Notes under the pieces: model-generated
Databases searched by the model: none
Told to the model about the DNA's origin: nothing
The model's input: the letters and a program-made list of their open reading frames with translations, nothing else
Translations under genes and position numbers: made by a program
Assembly (NCBI GenBank): GCA_027295145.1
Contig: JAPULJ010000735.1
Location: 1-44,671, forward strand
DNA: 44,671 nucleotides
Origin: Alphaproteobacteria bacterium
GTDB lineage: Bacteria; Pseudomonadota; Alphaproteobacteria; JAPULJ01
Reading direction: 5' to 3'
Shown: piece by piece, positions 22,352 through 34,260 of the stretch
Numbering within the stretch: position 1 is the first letter of the stretch
Layout: every line of letters starts with the position of its first letter

Positions 22352-23650
22352 TTAGAAGTATTCATGCAGCCATTGACCGATTCGGACGAACAGACCGGCC
22401 GACCCTGTGTTGTGGTGTGATGGGTGGTGGTGTGACGGACTATGTTGTGAGGCGCGCTTACCGCCGGTGCCGGGCGGCGCCATCGCGTAGTGCAGCAACC
22501 CCGCAGCGACGGCAAACGCCGGACCCGAGACCGACTCCGCCAGGGCGGTGATTGGCGCCGGCCGGCCGAGACGCACCTGGACGCCGAAGATATTGCCGGT
22601 GATCTCGGCAACGCCCTGTAGCTGGCTGGCGCCGCCGGTCAGAATAATCCGCCGGATGCTGGCCACGCCGGGGCCGTCCCTTTCGATCAGCTCGGCCATC
22701 AACTCGAAAGTTTCCTCGATGCGCGGCCCGATCATGCCGGCGATCTCCGCCCGCGACGCCTGGCCGATCTCGTCCGACAGGTCGCCGGCGATCTGAGGCA
22801 CGCCGATCAGCCGATCCCCATCGGAACTAGTGGCGACGGCAGTACCGAAGAGCGTCTTGATCCGTTCTGCATCGGCGAGGGGTGTCGCCAGCCCATGCGC
22901 CAGATCGGCGCTCACATGGCGGCCGCCGACCGGCACCCGGCCGGTGAACACAAGTTCTCCCTCCTCGAACGAGGCCAGCGTGGTCGTGCCGCCGCCCATA
23001 TCTATGATGGTGACGCCAAGTTCGGTCTCATCAATGGTGAGGCAGCCGAGCCCAGCGGCGTAGGGCGAAGCGACCAACGCCTCGCATTCCAAGTGGCAGC
23101 CGGCGACGCAACTTTTGAGGTTCTGGATGGCGCTTGGCTCGGCGGTAACGAGATGCATATCGACGCCGAGCCTTTGCGCCGCCATGCCGCTGGGGTCCTT
23201 GATCCCTCTGGTGCCGTCGAGGCTGAAGGCGACGGGGATGGCGTGGATCACCTCGCGCTCGACGCCATTGCGCCACTGCTGGCCCTGATCAAGCAGGCGC
23301 CGCAGGTCGGCTTTGCTAACCTGATGACCGGGCACCGTGACCTCGGCATTGGTCCGCGCCGAGCGTGGGTCGCCGGCCGATACATTGACCACCACACCGG
23401 TAATCGTGGCGTCGGCCATTTCCTCGGCCGTGTGGACGACCGCGCGCACGGCGTTGCGGGCCGCTTCCATATCAACGATCGAGCCGCCCTTGATGCCCTT
23501 TGAGACCTGGTGACCGATGCCGATGATCCTGGGGGCGCAATCGTCCCCAAGCTCGGCGATCAGGCAGCAGACCTTACTTGTCCCGATATCGAGCGCTGCG
23601 GTCAGAGGTTTTCGTGACTTACTCAATTCCGGTCGGGGCTCCCTACCCAA
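22352..23650 (-). CDS. ftsA: Cell division protein FtsA
   Basis: [18 protein letters not shown] and LTGGASQL motifs, C-terminal amphipathic GQWLHEYF. Start uncertain. Confidence 0.95.
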   Translation of the reverse strand: MGREPRPELSKSRKPLTAALDIGTSKVCCLIAELGDDCAPRIIGIGHQVSKGIKGGSIVDMEAARNAVRAVVHTAEEMADATITGVVVNVSAGDPRSARTNAEVTVPGHQVSKADLRRLLDQGQQWRNGVEREVIHAIPVAFSLDGTRGIKDPSGMAAQRLGVDMHLVTAEPSAIQNLKSCVAGCHLECEALVASPYAAGLGCLTIDETELGVTIIDMGGGTTTLASFEEGELVFTGRVPVGGRHVSADLAHGLATPLADAERIKTLFGTAVATSSDGDRLIGVPQIAGDLSDEIGQASRAEIAGMIGPRIEETFELMAELIERDGPGVASIRRIILTGGASQLQGVAEITGNIFGVQVRLGRPAPITALAESVSGPAFAVAAGLLHYAMAPPGTGGKRASQHSPSHHHPSHHNTGSAGLFVRIGQWLHEYF

Positions 23651-23675
23651 GTTATCGCGTTGTTTTCATTGGCGA

Positions 23676-24674
23676 TCATGTGCTGCGTCCCGGTCCGTCC
23701 TGGCGCGGCGGTAGTGGCGGCAGCTTGCCCGGCGCCCGCAAGATGATCCGGTCGGGTAGCCGCAGGTCGATGAGGATGATCCCGCGGTCAAGGAGGTTGT
23801 GCCGAGCCTCGAGTCGGGCAAAGCGCAGCCAGGCTGCCGCCGGTTTGTCTTGAGGAAGCATCAACACGACGCCGTTGTCGAAGACGATATCCCAGCGCCG
23901 TTTACCGAGCCGGCGGGACGATGCGACCCGCTTGGCCAGCTTCGGTTGGGTGGCGAGAAATTCGAGCAGCCGGCCGACGGCGACCGGGGCGCCGCGCCCG
24001 GCGACCAGAGGCAGCGCCGCCCAGCGTCCGGGCCTGCGGGTCCGAATGGCGACCCCGTCGCCATCAACAAGCAGGGTGCGGCCGCCCGAGTGCCACCGCG
24101 CGATCGGCCGCCGCTCGGTTATACCGACATAGATCGTGTCGGGCAGTCGGCGCTCGACGACGGCCCGGGCGACCCAAGGAAGAGCCTCGATGCGCGCCTT
24201 TGCCCCTTCGAGGTCGAAATTCAGGATCGCTGTACCAGGCCGGGCACCGAGCGCGCGTTCGATCGCCTGCCGGTCGGCCCGGCGGCGGCCTTCGATCTTT
24301 ACAATTCCAAGCGTTAACTGAACAGTGCTCATAAGTTGCGCCTGGCCAGCGACAAACCAGGCTTCGGCGCGATCGAAATGACCGGCTTGCCACAGCCACA
24401 ATGGCGATGTCAGCAGGGCCGCCGCCAAAATCCGACGAAGAGTACGGCGCAAACGGTCCCGGTGGCGCTCCCACCGCCGAGCCCAACGGCCCTTGGCGGA
24501 GTGAGCCGGCGAGCGGTCATGCCAGCGCACCGGCGGCAGGGCCAGCTCGCCCTGACGATGGGCCGGCGTGCCGGCGAAGCGGAGTTCCTGCCGCGACGAT
24601 TGTGCGCGTCGGCCCTTGCCGTCCCCGGAAGGCACAGTGGCGGCTGCCCGGACGATGATGTCGACCGGGTTCAT
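23676..24674 (-). CDS. ftsQ: Cell division protein FtsQ
   Basis: POTRA motif LPWVARAVVERRLPD, RRWD and IDLRLPDR; ATGA overlap with the ddl stop. Confidence 0.9.
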   Translation of the reverse strand: MNPVDIIVRAAATVPSGDGKGRRAQSSRQELRFAGTPAHRQGELALPPVRWHDRSPAHSAKGRWARRWERHRDRLRRTLRRILAAALLTSPLWLWQAGHFDRAEAWFVAGQAQLMSTVQLTLGIVKIEGRRRADRQAIERALGARPGTAILNFDLEGAKARIEALPWVARAVVERRLPDTIYVGITERRPIARWHSGGRTLLVDGDGVAIRTRRPGRWAALPLVAGRGAPVAVGRLLEFLATQPKLAKRVASSRRLGKRRWDIVFDNGVVLMLPQDKPAAAWLRFARLEARHNLLDRGIILIDLRLPDRIILRAPGKLPPLPPRQDGPGRST

Positions 24675-25594
24675 GCGTCGCACTCCGCATGCTCCACCAT
24701 CCACACTACAAGGTCATCAAACGACATTCCGATATGGGCGGCTTGTTCCGGCACTAGGCTCATCGGTGTCATGCCGGGTTGGGTGTTGACCTCGAGGATG
24801 TAGATGGCGCCGGGACCACCCTCGGCTTCGTCGTAGCGGAAGTCGGCCCGGCTACAGCCGCGGCAGCCGAGGGTCTGGTGGGCCAGGGCGGCCAGGCGCA
24901 TGGCCTCGTCGTAGATCGCCTTGGGCACCGGCGCCGGGACCACATGGACCGCCGCCTTTTCCTTGTCGTATTTGGCGTCGTAGTCGTAGAAACCTTGCTG
25001 GGGCTGGACCTCGGTGACCGCCAGCGCGCGCTCGCCGATAACGCCGACTGTAAGCTCGCGGCCCGGCACGTAGCGCTCGACCAGCACCCGATCGCCGTAG
25101 GGCCAGGACCGGCCATCGAAGGGTGGCATATGGTCCCCGGATTGCACAATGTGGACGCCGACGCTGGAGCCTTCATTGATTGGCTTGATGACGTAAGGGC
25201 GTTCCATTACATCGCCGGCAAGAACGTCCTCGCGGGCTGAAATGACACCGTGCGCACAGCGGATGCCGACCGTTTCAAACAACCGCTTGGCCATCACCTT
25301 GTCCATCGCCAACGCCGAGGCGAGCACACCCGAATGGGTGTAGGGAATATTGAGGATGTCGAGCAGGCCCTGGATGCTGCCATCTTCGCCAAAGCGGCCA
25401 TGCAGGGCGTTGAAGACTACGTCGGGTGCCGGATTGAGGGCCTTCATCAGTTTGCCCATATCGCGTTGAACGTCGATAGCGGTGACCGTAAAGCCGGCGT
25501 GTTCCAGGGCTTTGGCGCAGTTGGCGCCGCTATTCAAGGAAACCTCGCGCTCGGCAGACCAGCCGCCCATCAGCACGGCCACGTGCTTGCTCAT
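24671..25594 (-). CDS. ddl: D-alanine--D-alanine ligase
   Basis: GGWSAEREVSL, ALHGRFGEDG, EGSSVG and LEVNTQPGMT motifs. Confidence 0.97.
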   Translation of the reverse strand: MSKHVAVLMGGWSAEREVSLNSGANCAKALEHAGFTVTAIDVQRDMGKLMKALNPAPDVVFNALHGRFGEDGSIQGLLDILNIPYTHSGVLASALAMDKVMAKRLFETVGIRCAHGVISAREDVLAGDVMERPYVIKPINEGSSVGVHIVQSGDHMPPFDGRSWPYGDRVLVERYVPGRELTVGVIGERALAVTEVQPQQGFYDYDAKYDKEKAAVHVVPAPVPKAIYDEAMRLAALAHQTLGCRGCSRADFRYDEAEGGPGAIYILEVNTQPGMTPMSLVPEQAAHIGMSFDDLVVWMVEHAECDA

Positions 25595-26622
25595 GCTGGG
25601 TTCTCCGTTGGGGGCGTGGCCCGAACGCCGATGCAGCGGATCTCCCATTCCAACTCGATGCCGGTCTCCTGCAACACGCGCCGGCGGACGTCGTCGCCAA
25701 GATCCTCGAGATCGGCCGCGCTCGCCGTGCCCGTATTGATGAGGAAGTTGCAGTGCTTTTCCGAGACCATGGCGCCGCCACGCTTTAATCCGCGACACCC
25801 AGCTTTATCGATGAGCTCCCAGGATCTCGGGCCTTGTGGGTCCGTGCCTTGGGGATTCTTGAAAGTCGAGCCGCCGGTGCGCGTGCGCAGGGGCTGGCTT
25901 TCCTCGCGGGCCTCGTTGATGCGCTCGATCTCCCGACCAACGACGTCTTGCGAAACCAGCGCTCCCTTGAGCGAGGCGCCGGTCAGGATCCATTCCTCGG
26001 GTAGCTCAGAATGGCGGTAGGCGTAGCCGAACTGGGCGATCGGCAGGAAGTGGAGCTGGCCGGCGCCGTCGATCGCCTTGGCCTGGATCACCACGTCGGC
26101 CATCTCGCTGCCATAGGCGCCGGCGTTCATGCGCAGGGCGCCGCCGATTGTGCCGGGGATGCCGGCGAGAAATTCCAAACCGCCCACCGCTTGGTCCCCG
26201 TGGGAACCGATCCCGGCATCGCGGCAGGCACGGGCGACCTGGATGCTGGCCGCGCCGGCGCCGACATTGACCAATACGCCTGCGCCTTGCGATGCCGCCG
26301 GCTCGAAATCGACTTCCTCGAAGACAGCGCCGACTGTGATGTCGCGGAACGAGCGGCCGAGGCGGATGACGACTCCGCCGATCCCGCCATCGCGAATCAG
26401 CAGGTTCGAGGCGCCGCCGATGAGGGTGACCGCGACGTCATTCGGCTTGTTAGCGATGAAGAAGGATAGATCTTCGCGGTCGGCCGGGTGGAAAAGCACT
26501 TCCGCCGGGCCGCCGACGCGGAACCATGTATAGCGATCGAGCGGGGCATCGGCGACATATTCGCCGCGCACCGGGGGTAGCCGGTCGACCAGACTGGGCG
26601 CCTTACGGACGGCCGCCATCAT
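25591..26622 (-). CDS. murB: UDP-N-acetylenolpyruvoylglucosamine reductase
   Basis: [31 protein letters not shown] and KHCNF motifs. Confidence 0.96.
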   Translation of the reverse strand: MMAAVRKAPSLVDRLPPVRGEYVADAPLDRYTWFRVGGPAEVLFHPADREDLSFFIANKPNDVAVTLIGGASNLLIRDGGIGGVVIRLGRSFRDITVGAVFEEVDFEPAASQGAGVLVNVGAGAASIQVARACRDAGIGSHGDQAVGGLEFLAGIPGTIGGALRMNAGAYGSEMADVVIQAKAIDGAGQLHFLPIAQFGYAYRHSELPEEWILTGASLKGALVSQDVVGREIERINEAREESQPLRTRTGGSTFKNPQGTDPQGPRSWELIDKAGCRGLKRGGAMVSEKHCNFLINTGTASAADLEDLGDDVRRRVLQETGIELEWEIRCIGVRATPPTENPA

Positions 26623-28070
26623 TGCTTGGCTCTCGTCTTCGTGGTGGCCTTGGGTTTGGCGCGGGGCAGATTTTCGAGTTCGCGGGGTAGGCTATGGGCC
26701 CAGTTGGTGATGCTGCCGGCGCCCAGGCAAATCACGAAGTCGCCCTTCTTGGCGTGCTCGGCGACCAGCCCGGCAAGCGCTTGAGGCCCATCGAGGGAGA
26801 GCACATGGCGGTGGCCGTGGGCCCGCAAACCCTCGACCAGCGTATCGCGGTCGAAGCCTTCGATGGGGTCCTCGCCGGCTGCGTGAACCGGGGCCACGAT
26901 AACCGTATCGGCGTCGTTGAAACAGGTGCAGAAATCCTCGAACAAGTCGCGCAGGCGGGAGTAGCGGTGGGGCTGGACGACGCCGATGACGCGCCCACGG
27001 CCGGCTCCGCGGGCGGCTTTCAGAACGGCGGCGATCTCGACCGGGTGGTGAGCGTAGTCGTCGACGATGATGACGCCGCCGACCTTGCCGGTCCTCGTGA
27101 AGCGGCGATTGACGCCGGCGAAGTTAGCCAGCGCTTTGCGCAACACGGGTTCTTCAATTTCAAGCTCGAGGCCGACGGCGATAGCGGCCAGCGCGTTGAG
27201 CACGTTGTATTCGCCAACCATCGGCAGCTTGATGCCTTCGATCGTGTAGGGCTTGGCGCCGGCCCGGTCGCGCACGATGACATCGAATATCACGCCGGAA
27301 GGGCCGAACCGGGCGTTGACACCGCGCACGTCTGCCTGCCGGCTGCGCCCGTAGGTAACGATCCTGCGGTCGGGAATGCGGGCGACCATCGACTGAACCT
27401 CGGCATGATCGACGCACAGCACCGCCAGCCCGTAGAAGGGCACGTTGCCGACGAAGGAATCGAAGGCATCGCGCAATGCGTCGAACGAGCCGTAATGGTC
27501 GAGATGCTCGGGGTCGATGTTGGTGACTATTGCGAACGCCGCCGGCAACTTCACGAACGTGCCGTCCGATTCGTCGGCCTCGACCACCATCCAGTCGCCC
27601 TCGCCGAGGCGCGCGTTGGTCCCGTAGGCGTTGATGACGCCGCCATTGATTACCGTCGGATCGAGCCCGGCCGTGTCTAGCAGAGAGGCGATCAGCGAGG
27701 TCGTCGTCGTCTTGCCATGGGTGCCACCGACGGCAATTGCCCATTTCAGGCGCATCAGTTCGGCCAGCATTTCGGCCCGCCGCACGACCGGCAGCAAGCG
27801 CTCGCGCGCGGCCACGACTTCGGGATTGTCTGTGTTGACCGCCGAGGAGATGACGACCACCTGGGCGTCGCCCAAATTTCGTGGCTCGTGGCCGATGGCG
27901 ACGGGAATCCCGAGCTCTCGTAGGCGCCTGACATTGGCGCTTTCGGCGATGTCGCTGCCCTGCACCGTATAACCAAGATTGCTCAGGATCTCGGCGATAC
28001 CGCTCATGCCGATGCCGCCGATGCCGATGAAATGCAGGGTGCCGATATTGAGGGGCAGGGTGCTGATCAT
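26619..28070 (-). CDS. murC: UDP-N-acetylmuramate--L-alanine ligase
   Basis: [25 protein letters not shown] and DDYAHHP motifs. Confidence 0.97.
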   Translation of the reverse strand: MISTLPLNIGTLHFIGIGGIGMSGIAEILSNLGYTVQGSDIAESANVRRLRELGIPVAIGHEPRNLGDAQVVVISSAVNTDNPEVVAARERLLPVVRRAEMLAELMRLKWAIAVGGTHGKTTTTSLIASLLDTAGLDPTVINGGVINAYGTNARLGEGDWMVVEADESDGTFVKLPAAFAIVTNIDPEHLDHYGSFDALRDAFDSFVGNVPFYGLAVLCVDHAEVQSMVARIPDRRIVTYGRSRQADVRGVNARFGPSGVIFDVIVRDRAGAKPYTIEGIKLPMVGEYNVLNALAAIAVGLELEIEEPVLRKALANFAGVNRRFTRTGKVGGVIIVDDYAHHPVEIAAVLKAARGAGRGRVIGVVQPHRYSRLRDLFEDFCTCFNDADTVIVAPVHAAGEDPIEGFDRDTLVEGLRAHGHRHVLSLDGPQALAGLVAEHAKKGDFVICLGAGSITNWAHSLPRELENLPRAKPKATTKTRAKQ

Positions 28071-29200
28071 GCCGCGTTCCCCGCATGTCTTGCAGGCCCT
28101 GGAACGAGGCCCAGTACCATCTTGGCGAGGCGCTCAGCGGCGTCGGGGTGGCCGATCTTCCTGGCCTGCTTGGCAGCACCAGCGAGTTCGGCCGGGCGGT
28201 CAAGTAACTCAGCGATGCGTTCGGCCAGCCAGGCGGCCGTGAATTGCGGTTGCGGCGCCAGCCAGCCGGCACCGGCCTGCGCCACCGCCCGCGCGTTGGC
28301 CGTCTGATGATCGTCGGTGGCATAGGGGTAGGGCACCAGGATCGCCGGCCGTCCGGCGGCGGTCAGCTCGGCGATGGTCGAGGCGCCGGCCCGGCAGATC
28401 AGCAGGCTCGCTGTTTTCAGTCGCTTGGGGACGTCGTCAAAGAAGCTGGCAAGAATGGGTTTGAGCCCGGCCTCGGCGTAGATGCGCGCGGCCTCCTCGA
28501 TATCTTCCTCGCGACATTGCTGGGCAATGCGCAGGCGTTTGCGCTTGGACGGGGTTAGCATAGCCAGCGCGGCGGGGACGATTTCGCTGAATACCCGCGC
28601 GCCCTGGCTGCCGCCCAGCACTAGAAGGTTTACCGGTTTCCCTTTGGCGATATTGGGGTAGGGCGCACCGGCGAGGGCCGCGATCGGTGCCCGCACCGGG
28701 TTGCCGGTGACCACCAACTTGCCGAGATCGCCGGGCCGCACGCCGTGCACATCAGGATAGGCGACTGCGATACGCCGGGCGCGGCGGGCGAGGAAACGGT
28801 TGGCCCGGCCGAGGACCGCGTTCTGCTCATGGAGCGCGCTGGGGATACCGAGCCAGCCGGCGGCGATCATCGCCGGGAAAGATGCGTAACCGCCGAATCC
28901 GACCACCACCGTCGGCTTCAGCCGTTTGAGCAGCGAGCGCGCCTGGAAAGTCCCCAAGGCGATGTCGGCGAGCCCCAGAAGGCGCGCTATCGGGCCGCGC
29001 CCGGTAACCTGCCCGGCGCGCAGCTTGTGAGTATCGATTTTCTGCAGCGTCTCTCCGTAAGCGCCGCCACGGCGGTCGGTGACCAGTGCCACACGGCAGC
29101 CCTTGCCGATCAAGGCGTTGGCCAGCGCATCGGCCGGGAACATGTGCCCACCGGTGCCGCCGGCGGTCAGCACGATCAACGTCTTGCTGGTGCCGGTCAT
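28067..29200 (-). CDS. murG: Lipid II N-acetylglucosaminyltransferase
   Basis: GGTGGH, HEQN, GNPVR, GGSQGA and RAGAST motifs; the ATG at 29200 overlaps the ftsW stop. Confidence 0.97.
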   Translation of the reverse strand: MTGTSKTLIVLTAGGTGGHMFPADALANALIGKGCRVALVTDRRGGAYGETLQKIDTHKLRAGQVTGRGPIARLLGLADIALGTFQARSLLKRLKPTVVVGFGGYASFPAMIAAGWLGIPSALHEQNAVLGRANRFLARRARRIAVAYPDVHGVRPGDLGKLVVTGNPVRAPIAALAGAPYPNIAKGKPVNLLVLGGSQGARVFSEIVPAALAMLTPSKRKRLRIAQQCREEDIEEAARIYAEAGLKPILASFFDDVPKRLKTASLLICRAGASTIAELTAAGRPAILVPYPYATDDHQTANARAVAQAGAGWLAPQPQFTAAWLAERIAELLDRPAELAGAAKQARKIGHPDAAERLAKMVLGLVPGPARHAGNAA

Positions 29201-30324
29201 GGGTTGCCCACCGTGCCGGCGCCCTTGCGGGTGAGGGCCAATAACATACCCATGCCAAGCGCTAGGGCCATCAGGGAGGAGCCACCATAAGAAAGGAATG
29301 GAAGGGTCATGCCCTTGGTCGGGATCAGGCTCAAGCTCGAGGCCATGTTGATCAAGGCCTGGATGCCGAAGCCGGCGAGTAGGCCGACTGAAGCCAGAAA
29401 TACGAACAAATTGCTCTCGGTATGAACCCGCGCCATGCCGCGCAGGACGATGAAGGCATAAAGGGCGACAATGGCGAGGCCGGCGATCAGGCCGAATTCC
29501 TCGCCGGCCACCGCGAAGACGAAATCGCTGTGGGCATCGGGCAGCATTGCCTTGACAGTGCCCTCTCCGGGGCCTCGCCCAAAGAGGCCGCCATTGGTGA
29601 AGGCCTCGAGCGCGCGGTCGATCTGATAGGTGTCGGCGCCGGCCGGGTTCCTGAAGGCGTTGATGCGGCCGGCGACGTGAGGAAAGGTATAGTAAGCGGC
29701 GACCATGCCGCCCAGGCCAAGCCCGGTGATCGAGCCGACCCAGATGATCGAAATGCCGGCGACGAAAAGCTGGACCAGGCAGACGGCAACCACCAGCCCG
29801 GCGGTACCGAGGTCGGGTTGCAGGACCAGAAGCCCGACGACGAGAGCAGCGGCACTGAGTGCGATCACCATGCCGGGGAAGGCGATTTGCCGGCGGCCTT
29901 GCGCGATCATCCAGGCGGTAAATACGGCGAGTGTCGGTTTCAATATCTCCGATGGCTGGAAGGACCGCCCGGCGATGGTCAGCCAGCGTCGGGCGCCGTT
30001 CTGCTCGGCACCGATCGCAAGCGTCAACACCGTCCCGGCGAGCGCCAGAAAAAAGAGGACCACCGCGAGGCGTTTGACCGATCGGGCCGATAATAGGGAG
30101 ACGGCCAGCAGCAGGGCGAAGGCGATGGGCAGAAGGACTGCCTGCTGGCGGACGAAATGAAAGCTGTCGAGGCCGATGCGGCCGGCGGCCGCCGGTCCGG
30201 CGGCGTAGATCAGCAACCCGCCGACGGCAGTGAGAACGGCCAGCGCCGCGAGGCTCCATTTGTCCACCGTCCACCACCAACGGCTCAGAACGCTGGTATC
30301 GGTGCGCGCAAAATAGCTGCTCAT
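29197..30324 (-). CDS. ftsW: SEDS peptidoglycan polymerase FtsW
   Basis: GARRW, QPSE, LQPDLG, HSDFVF and PFLSYGGSS motifs. Confidence 0.96.
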   Translation of the reverse strand: MSSYFARTDTSVLSRWWWTVDKWSLAALAVLTAVGGLLIYAAGPAAAGRIGLDSFHFVRQQAVLLPIAFALLLAVSLLSARSVKRLAVVLFFLALAGTVLTLAIGAEQNGARRWLTIAGRSFQPSEILKPTLAVFTAWMIAQGRRQIAFPGMVIALSAAALVVGLLVLQPDLGTAGLVVAVCLVQLFVAGISIIWVGSITGLGLGGMVAAYYTFPHVAGRINAFRNPAGADTYQIDRALEAFTNGGLFGRGPGEGTVKAMLPDAHSDFVFAVAGEEFGLIAGLAIVALYAFIVLRGMARVHTESNLFVFLASVGLLAGFGIQALINMASSLSLIPTKGMTLPFLSYGGSSLMALALGMGMLLALTRKGAGTVGNP

Positions 30325-31745
30325 TGCAGCCCTCCCGCTGGCACATGCTCGACAGATGGGCCGCGCGCGCCTGGCAATGCTTCGACCAGCGCGCGAAAAC
30401 GCTCGCCCCGGGCGGCGAAGTTGGGAAATTGATCGAAAGACGCGCAAGCCGGCGACAGCAGCACCGTTGCCTTCGGCTCATCGGTCTCGTTGCCGGCGGC
30501 CAAATGGGCAGCGGCTACTGCGGCGTCTAGGTCGCCCGATTGGGTGCAGTCGACCGAGCCCAGAAGCGTTCTGGCAAAGGCGTCGCCAGCTTCGCCGATC
30601 AGATAGGCGTGCGAGATGCGCGTAAAATAGGGCTTCAGGGGCTCGATGCCCCCTTCCTTGGCCTGCCCGCCGGCGATCCAATGGATGCGCTTGTAGCAGC
30701 CGAGCGCCTTCGAGGCCGCATCGGCGTTGGTCGCCTTGCTGTCGTTGATGTAGGCGGTGCCGTCGATCACCGCGACGATCTCCTGGCGGTGGGGCAATCC
30801 GCGGAAACCGGCAAGACTGGCAGCTGCGCTTGCCCTGCTGGCGCCACCGGCAATGACGGCCGTGTAGGCGGCGGCGGCGTTCTACCAGTTGTGGGCGCCG
30901 GGCAGGGTAGAGATATTGCGGAGATCGCCGGCGATATTGTTGCCGCCATCGGTATCGTCGTAAAGAATCCCATCAACTACGTAGACGCCGCCGCGCACCG
31001 GCCCGGCGCTCGATATCGGGATGAGGCGTTGGGCGCCCTCGCCGGACAACTCGTAGTAGATCTGCTGGCTGTGTTCATCGTCGATGCCGACGATCGCGGT
31101 GCAGCTTGAATTCTGGCCTGCGAAGATGCGGCGCTTGGCGGCGATGTAGCCTTCGAGCCCGCCGTGGCGGTCGAGATGGTCGGGCGAGACATTGAGCAAC
31201 ACTGCGACGTCGAAGGTAACTTCCTTGGTGCGTTCCAGTTGGTAGGAGGACATCTCCAATACGTAGGTTCCGTCACTACCGAGGGGTTCGAACCCGAGGA
31301 CGGGGGGCCCCAGGTTGCCGCCGACCTCGATCGTCTTCCCGGCAGCCTGCAGGATATGTCCGATCAGCGCCGTCGTTGTCGATTTACCGTTCGTTCCAGT
31401 GATGCCGATGGTGCGCGCGCGCCGCTGGGCCCGGCCCAGTAATTCGATATCTGAGACGATCTCGCTGCCGGCTTCCATGGCCGCTTTTGCAATCGGATGA
31501 GGGGCGGGGAAACGGTGGGGGATACCGGGGCTGAGGACCAGCGTGCGAACCTCTCCCCAATCGCAGGCGTGCAAGTCGGTCAGCTGTACACCGTCCCGCT
31601 CGGCCACCTCGCGCCGAGCTTCGTCATCATCCCAGGCCAGTAGCACGGCGCCGCTTCCGGCCAGCGCCTTGGCGGCGGCCAGCCCGGAAACCCCCAGGCC
31701 GAGGACGGCGATCGGCGTGCCGTCGATGTTGGGGATCCGGATCAC
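30321..31745 (-). pseudogene. murD: UDP-N-acetylmuramoyl-L-alanine--D-glutamate ligase with an in-frame TAG (true lesion or sequence error)
   Basis: GLGVSG, SPG, GTNGKST and DHLDRH motifs, then PGAHNW*NAAAA...GLPHR...NDSKATN...LSPACASFDQF, all in one frame. TAG at 30882-30884 (codon 288 from the GTG at 31745). Confidence 0.85.
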
Positions 31746-31747
31746 GC

Positions 31748-32833
31748 CTACCTCAGCTTCAGCGTCGAAAGGCCAACCAACGCCAGGATCGATGCGATGA
31801 TCCAAAAGCGGATCACAATCTTCGACTCGGCCCAGCCTTTTTCTTCGTAATGATGGTGTAGCGGCGCCATTCGGAAGACCCGCTTGCCGGTGAGTTTGAA
31901 GGAAATGACCTGGACGATCACCGAAACCGCCTCGAGGACGAAGAGACCGCCGACGATGGCCAGGACCAGCTCGTGCTTGGTGACCACCGAAATGGCTCCC
32001 AGCGATCCGCCAACGGCCAGCGAGCCCGTGTCGCCCATGAAGATCATCGCCGGTGGCGCGTTGAACCATAGAAATCCGAGGCTGGCGCCGACCAGAGCGC
32101 CGCAGAATACGGCCAACTCACCCGATCCCACGACGTGGTGGACTTGCAGATAGTCAGCAAATTTCACATTGCCGACGAGGTAGGCGACGAGCCCGAAGAC
32201 GCCAGCGGCGATCATCACCGGAACGATTGCCAACCCGTCGAGTCCATCGGTCAGGTTGACCGCGTTGGAGGCGCCGACGATGACCACCACGGCGAAGGGT
32301 ATGAAGAACCAACCGAGATTGACCAGCGTGTTGATGAAGGGAATGGCAAGACTGGTGGTAGACGGATTTCCGTCGGGCATAGCCACCCAGAAAATCACCG
32401 CCAGGCTTATACCGAGTTGCCCGGCCAGTTTAAGCTTGCCCGAAAGCCCGCCGGTGCTCCGCCGGGTCAGCTTTATGTAGTCGTCGATCGCGCCGATCAG
32501 ACCGAAGCCGACGGTTACGATCAACACCGCCCAAACCAGCTTGTTGTCGAGCCGCACCCACAGCAGCGTGCTGAACACAAGCGCCATGAGGATCAGCGCA
32601 CCGCCCATGGTCGGGGTGCCGGCCTTTTCGATGATGTGCGATTTGGGGCCGTCGTCGCGGATCGGCTGACCTTCGCCCTGGCTCGCCTTGAGCCATCTGA
32701 TCAGCGGCGGACCGAGGATGAAGCTGAGCAGCAGGGCGGTGACCACGGCGCCGCCGGTCCGGAATGTGATGAAGACGAACAGCCGAAGGGTGCCGAAATC
32801 ATCGGCGAGCGGCGTCAGTATCTCGTAGAGCAT
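31748..32833 (-). CDS. mraY: Phospho-N-acetylmuramoyl-pentapeptide transferase
   Basis: [28 protein letters not shown] and MAPLHHH motifs. Confidence 0.98.
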   Translation of the reverse strand: MLYEILTPLADDFGTLRLFVFITFRTGGAVVTALLLSFILGPPLIRWLKASQGEGQPIRDDGPKSHIIEKAGTPTMGGALILMALVFSTLLWVRLDNKLVWAVLIVTVGFGLIGAIDDYIKLTRRSTGGLSGKLKLAGQLGISLAVIFWVAMPDGNPSTTSLAIPFINTLVNLGWFFIPFAVVVIVGASNAVNLTDGLDGLAIVPVMIAAGVFGLVAYLVGNVKFADYLQVHHVVGSGELAVFCGALVGASLGFLWFNAPPAMIFMGDTGSLAVGGSLGAISVVTKHELVLAIVGGLFVLEAVSVIVQVISFKLTGKRVFRMAPLHHHYEEKGWAESKIVIRFWIIASILALVGLSTLKLR

Positions 32834-32844
32834 ACTTTGTCCCT

Positions 32845-34260
32845 TTATCCGTTGACCGCTACCGGTTGCGGCGCGCCGAGACCTCTGAGCGCATCGACCA
32901 CAATGGCCATGCGGCTGCCGAGCGAGCCCTTGACCGTGACCACGTCGCCCGGATGCACCATTCCTGTGAGAAGCGTCGCCAGCGCTGACGAGTCGGCTGC
33001 GTGCGCCCCGCGCGAGGCCTCCGGCAGCGCCTCGGCGAGGTGGGCCATTTCGGGCCCCGCGGTGAAGACCAGATCGACGCTGCAGGCGGCTAGCGCTTCG
33101 GCCAGCCCGGCGTGGAGCGCCGGCGAGCGGGGTCCCAGTTCGAGCATGTCGCCAAGGGCGACGATGCGCCGCCCGCCCGGACCCGGTTTAAACTGGGACA
33201 GCGTTTCGAACGCTGCCCGCATCGAGGCCGGGCTGGCATTGTAGCTGTCGTCGATGACCTCGATCGGGCCGCCGGCAAGTTGGACGCGGATCAGCTCGCC
33301 CCGGCCCTTGGCCTGGGGGATTTCGGCCAAGTCCTCGGCGGCCTGCCGCAGATCGGCGCCGAGAGCGGCAGCGGTGGCCAATACACCGAGGCTGTTGAAG
33401 ATCCAATGGCGTCCTGGCTGGCCGATCCGATAGGAGATCTGCTGGCCGTCGATCTCCGCTTTCACGTCGCTGCCGGCCGAATCGGGGTCGGCGTCGAGCA
33501 GCCGGGCGGTGGCTTCGGGATGGGCGCCGAAGCCGATGACCCGGTCGAGATTGCGCCCATACGCGGCGACAGCGAGGGTCGGGAAATAGGCGTTGTCGCG
33601 GTTGAGCACGGCGACACCGCCATCCATTCCATCGAATATCTCGGCCTTGGCGTCGGCAACCTCGCCGAGCGAATCGAAGAACTCGGTATGGGCCGGCGCG
33701 ATTGTCGTGATGAGGGCGACGTGAGGGCGGACCAGATGGGAAAGGGGCGTAATCTCGCCGGGGCTGTTCATGCCCAGCTCGAAGACGCCGTAGGCGACCC
33801 TCGGGCGCATCCGGGCAAGGCTCAAGGGGACGCCCCAATGGTTGTTGAGGTTGCCGGTGGTGGCGGCGGTCTCGCCCTGCTTCTGGAGGACGAAACGCAG
33901 CGCTTCCTTGGTGCCGGTCTTGCCGACACTGCCGGTGATGCCAGCAATGCGGGCCTTGGTGCGAGTACGCGCCGCCCGTCCCAGAGCGTTGAGCCCAGCG
34001 AAAGTATCCTCGACCACGAGGGCTGGCTTGCCGGTGACCGTCGCAGCTTGGCTGACTACGCAAGCGGCGGCTTGGTTCTCGAATGCCGCATCGACATAGT
34101 CGTGGCCATCGAGATGGTCACCCTTGATGGCGATGTAGAGATCGTTTTGTTCGAGCGTGCGCGTGTCGATCGAAACGCCATCCGCTGTCCACGGCTCGTT
34201 CGAGCGGCCGCCGGTTGCTTTATCGGCCTCGGCCGAAGTCCACAGCGGGCGATCAGCCAT
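32845..34260 (-). CDS. murF: UDP-MurNAc-tripeptide--D-Ala-D-Ala ligase
   Basis: [30 protein letters not shown] and VKGS motifs. Confidence 0.97.
   Translation of the reverse strand: MADRPLWTSAEADKATGGRSNEPWTADGVSIDTRTLEQNDLYIAIKGDHLDGHDYVDAAFENQAAACVVSQAATVTGKPALVVEDTFAGLNALGRAARTRTKARIAGITGSVGKTGTKEALRFVLQKQGETAATTGNLNNHWGVPLSLARMRPRVAYGVFELGMNSPGEITPLSHLVRPHVALITTIAPAHTEFFDSLGEVADAKAEIFDGMDGGVAVLNRDNAYFPTLAVAAYGRNLDRVIGFGAHPEATARLLDADPDSAGSDVKAEIDGQQISYRIGQPGRHWIFNSLGVLATAAALGADLRQAAEDLAEIPQAKGRGELIRVQLAGGPIEVIDDSYNASPASMRAAFETLSQFKPGPGGRRIVALGDMLELGPRSPALHAGLAEALAACSVDLVFTAGPEMAHLAEALPEASRGAHAADSSALATLLTGMVHPGDVVTVKGSLGSRMAIVVDALRGLGAPQPVAVNG

Noticed and set aside
28067-30481. Apparent 804-aa MurG fusion, and N-terminal extensions of FtsZ, Ddl, MurD and the amidase
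   Set aside because: The extensions are alternate frames of the upstream genes; the real starts sit at RBS or ATGA overlaps.
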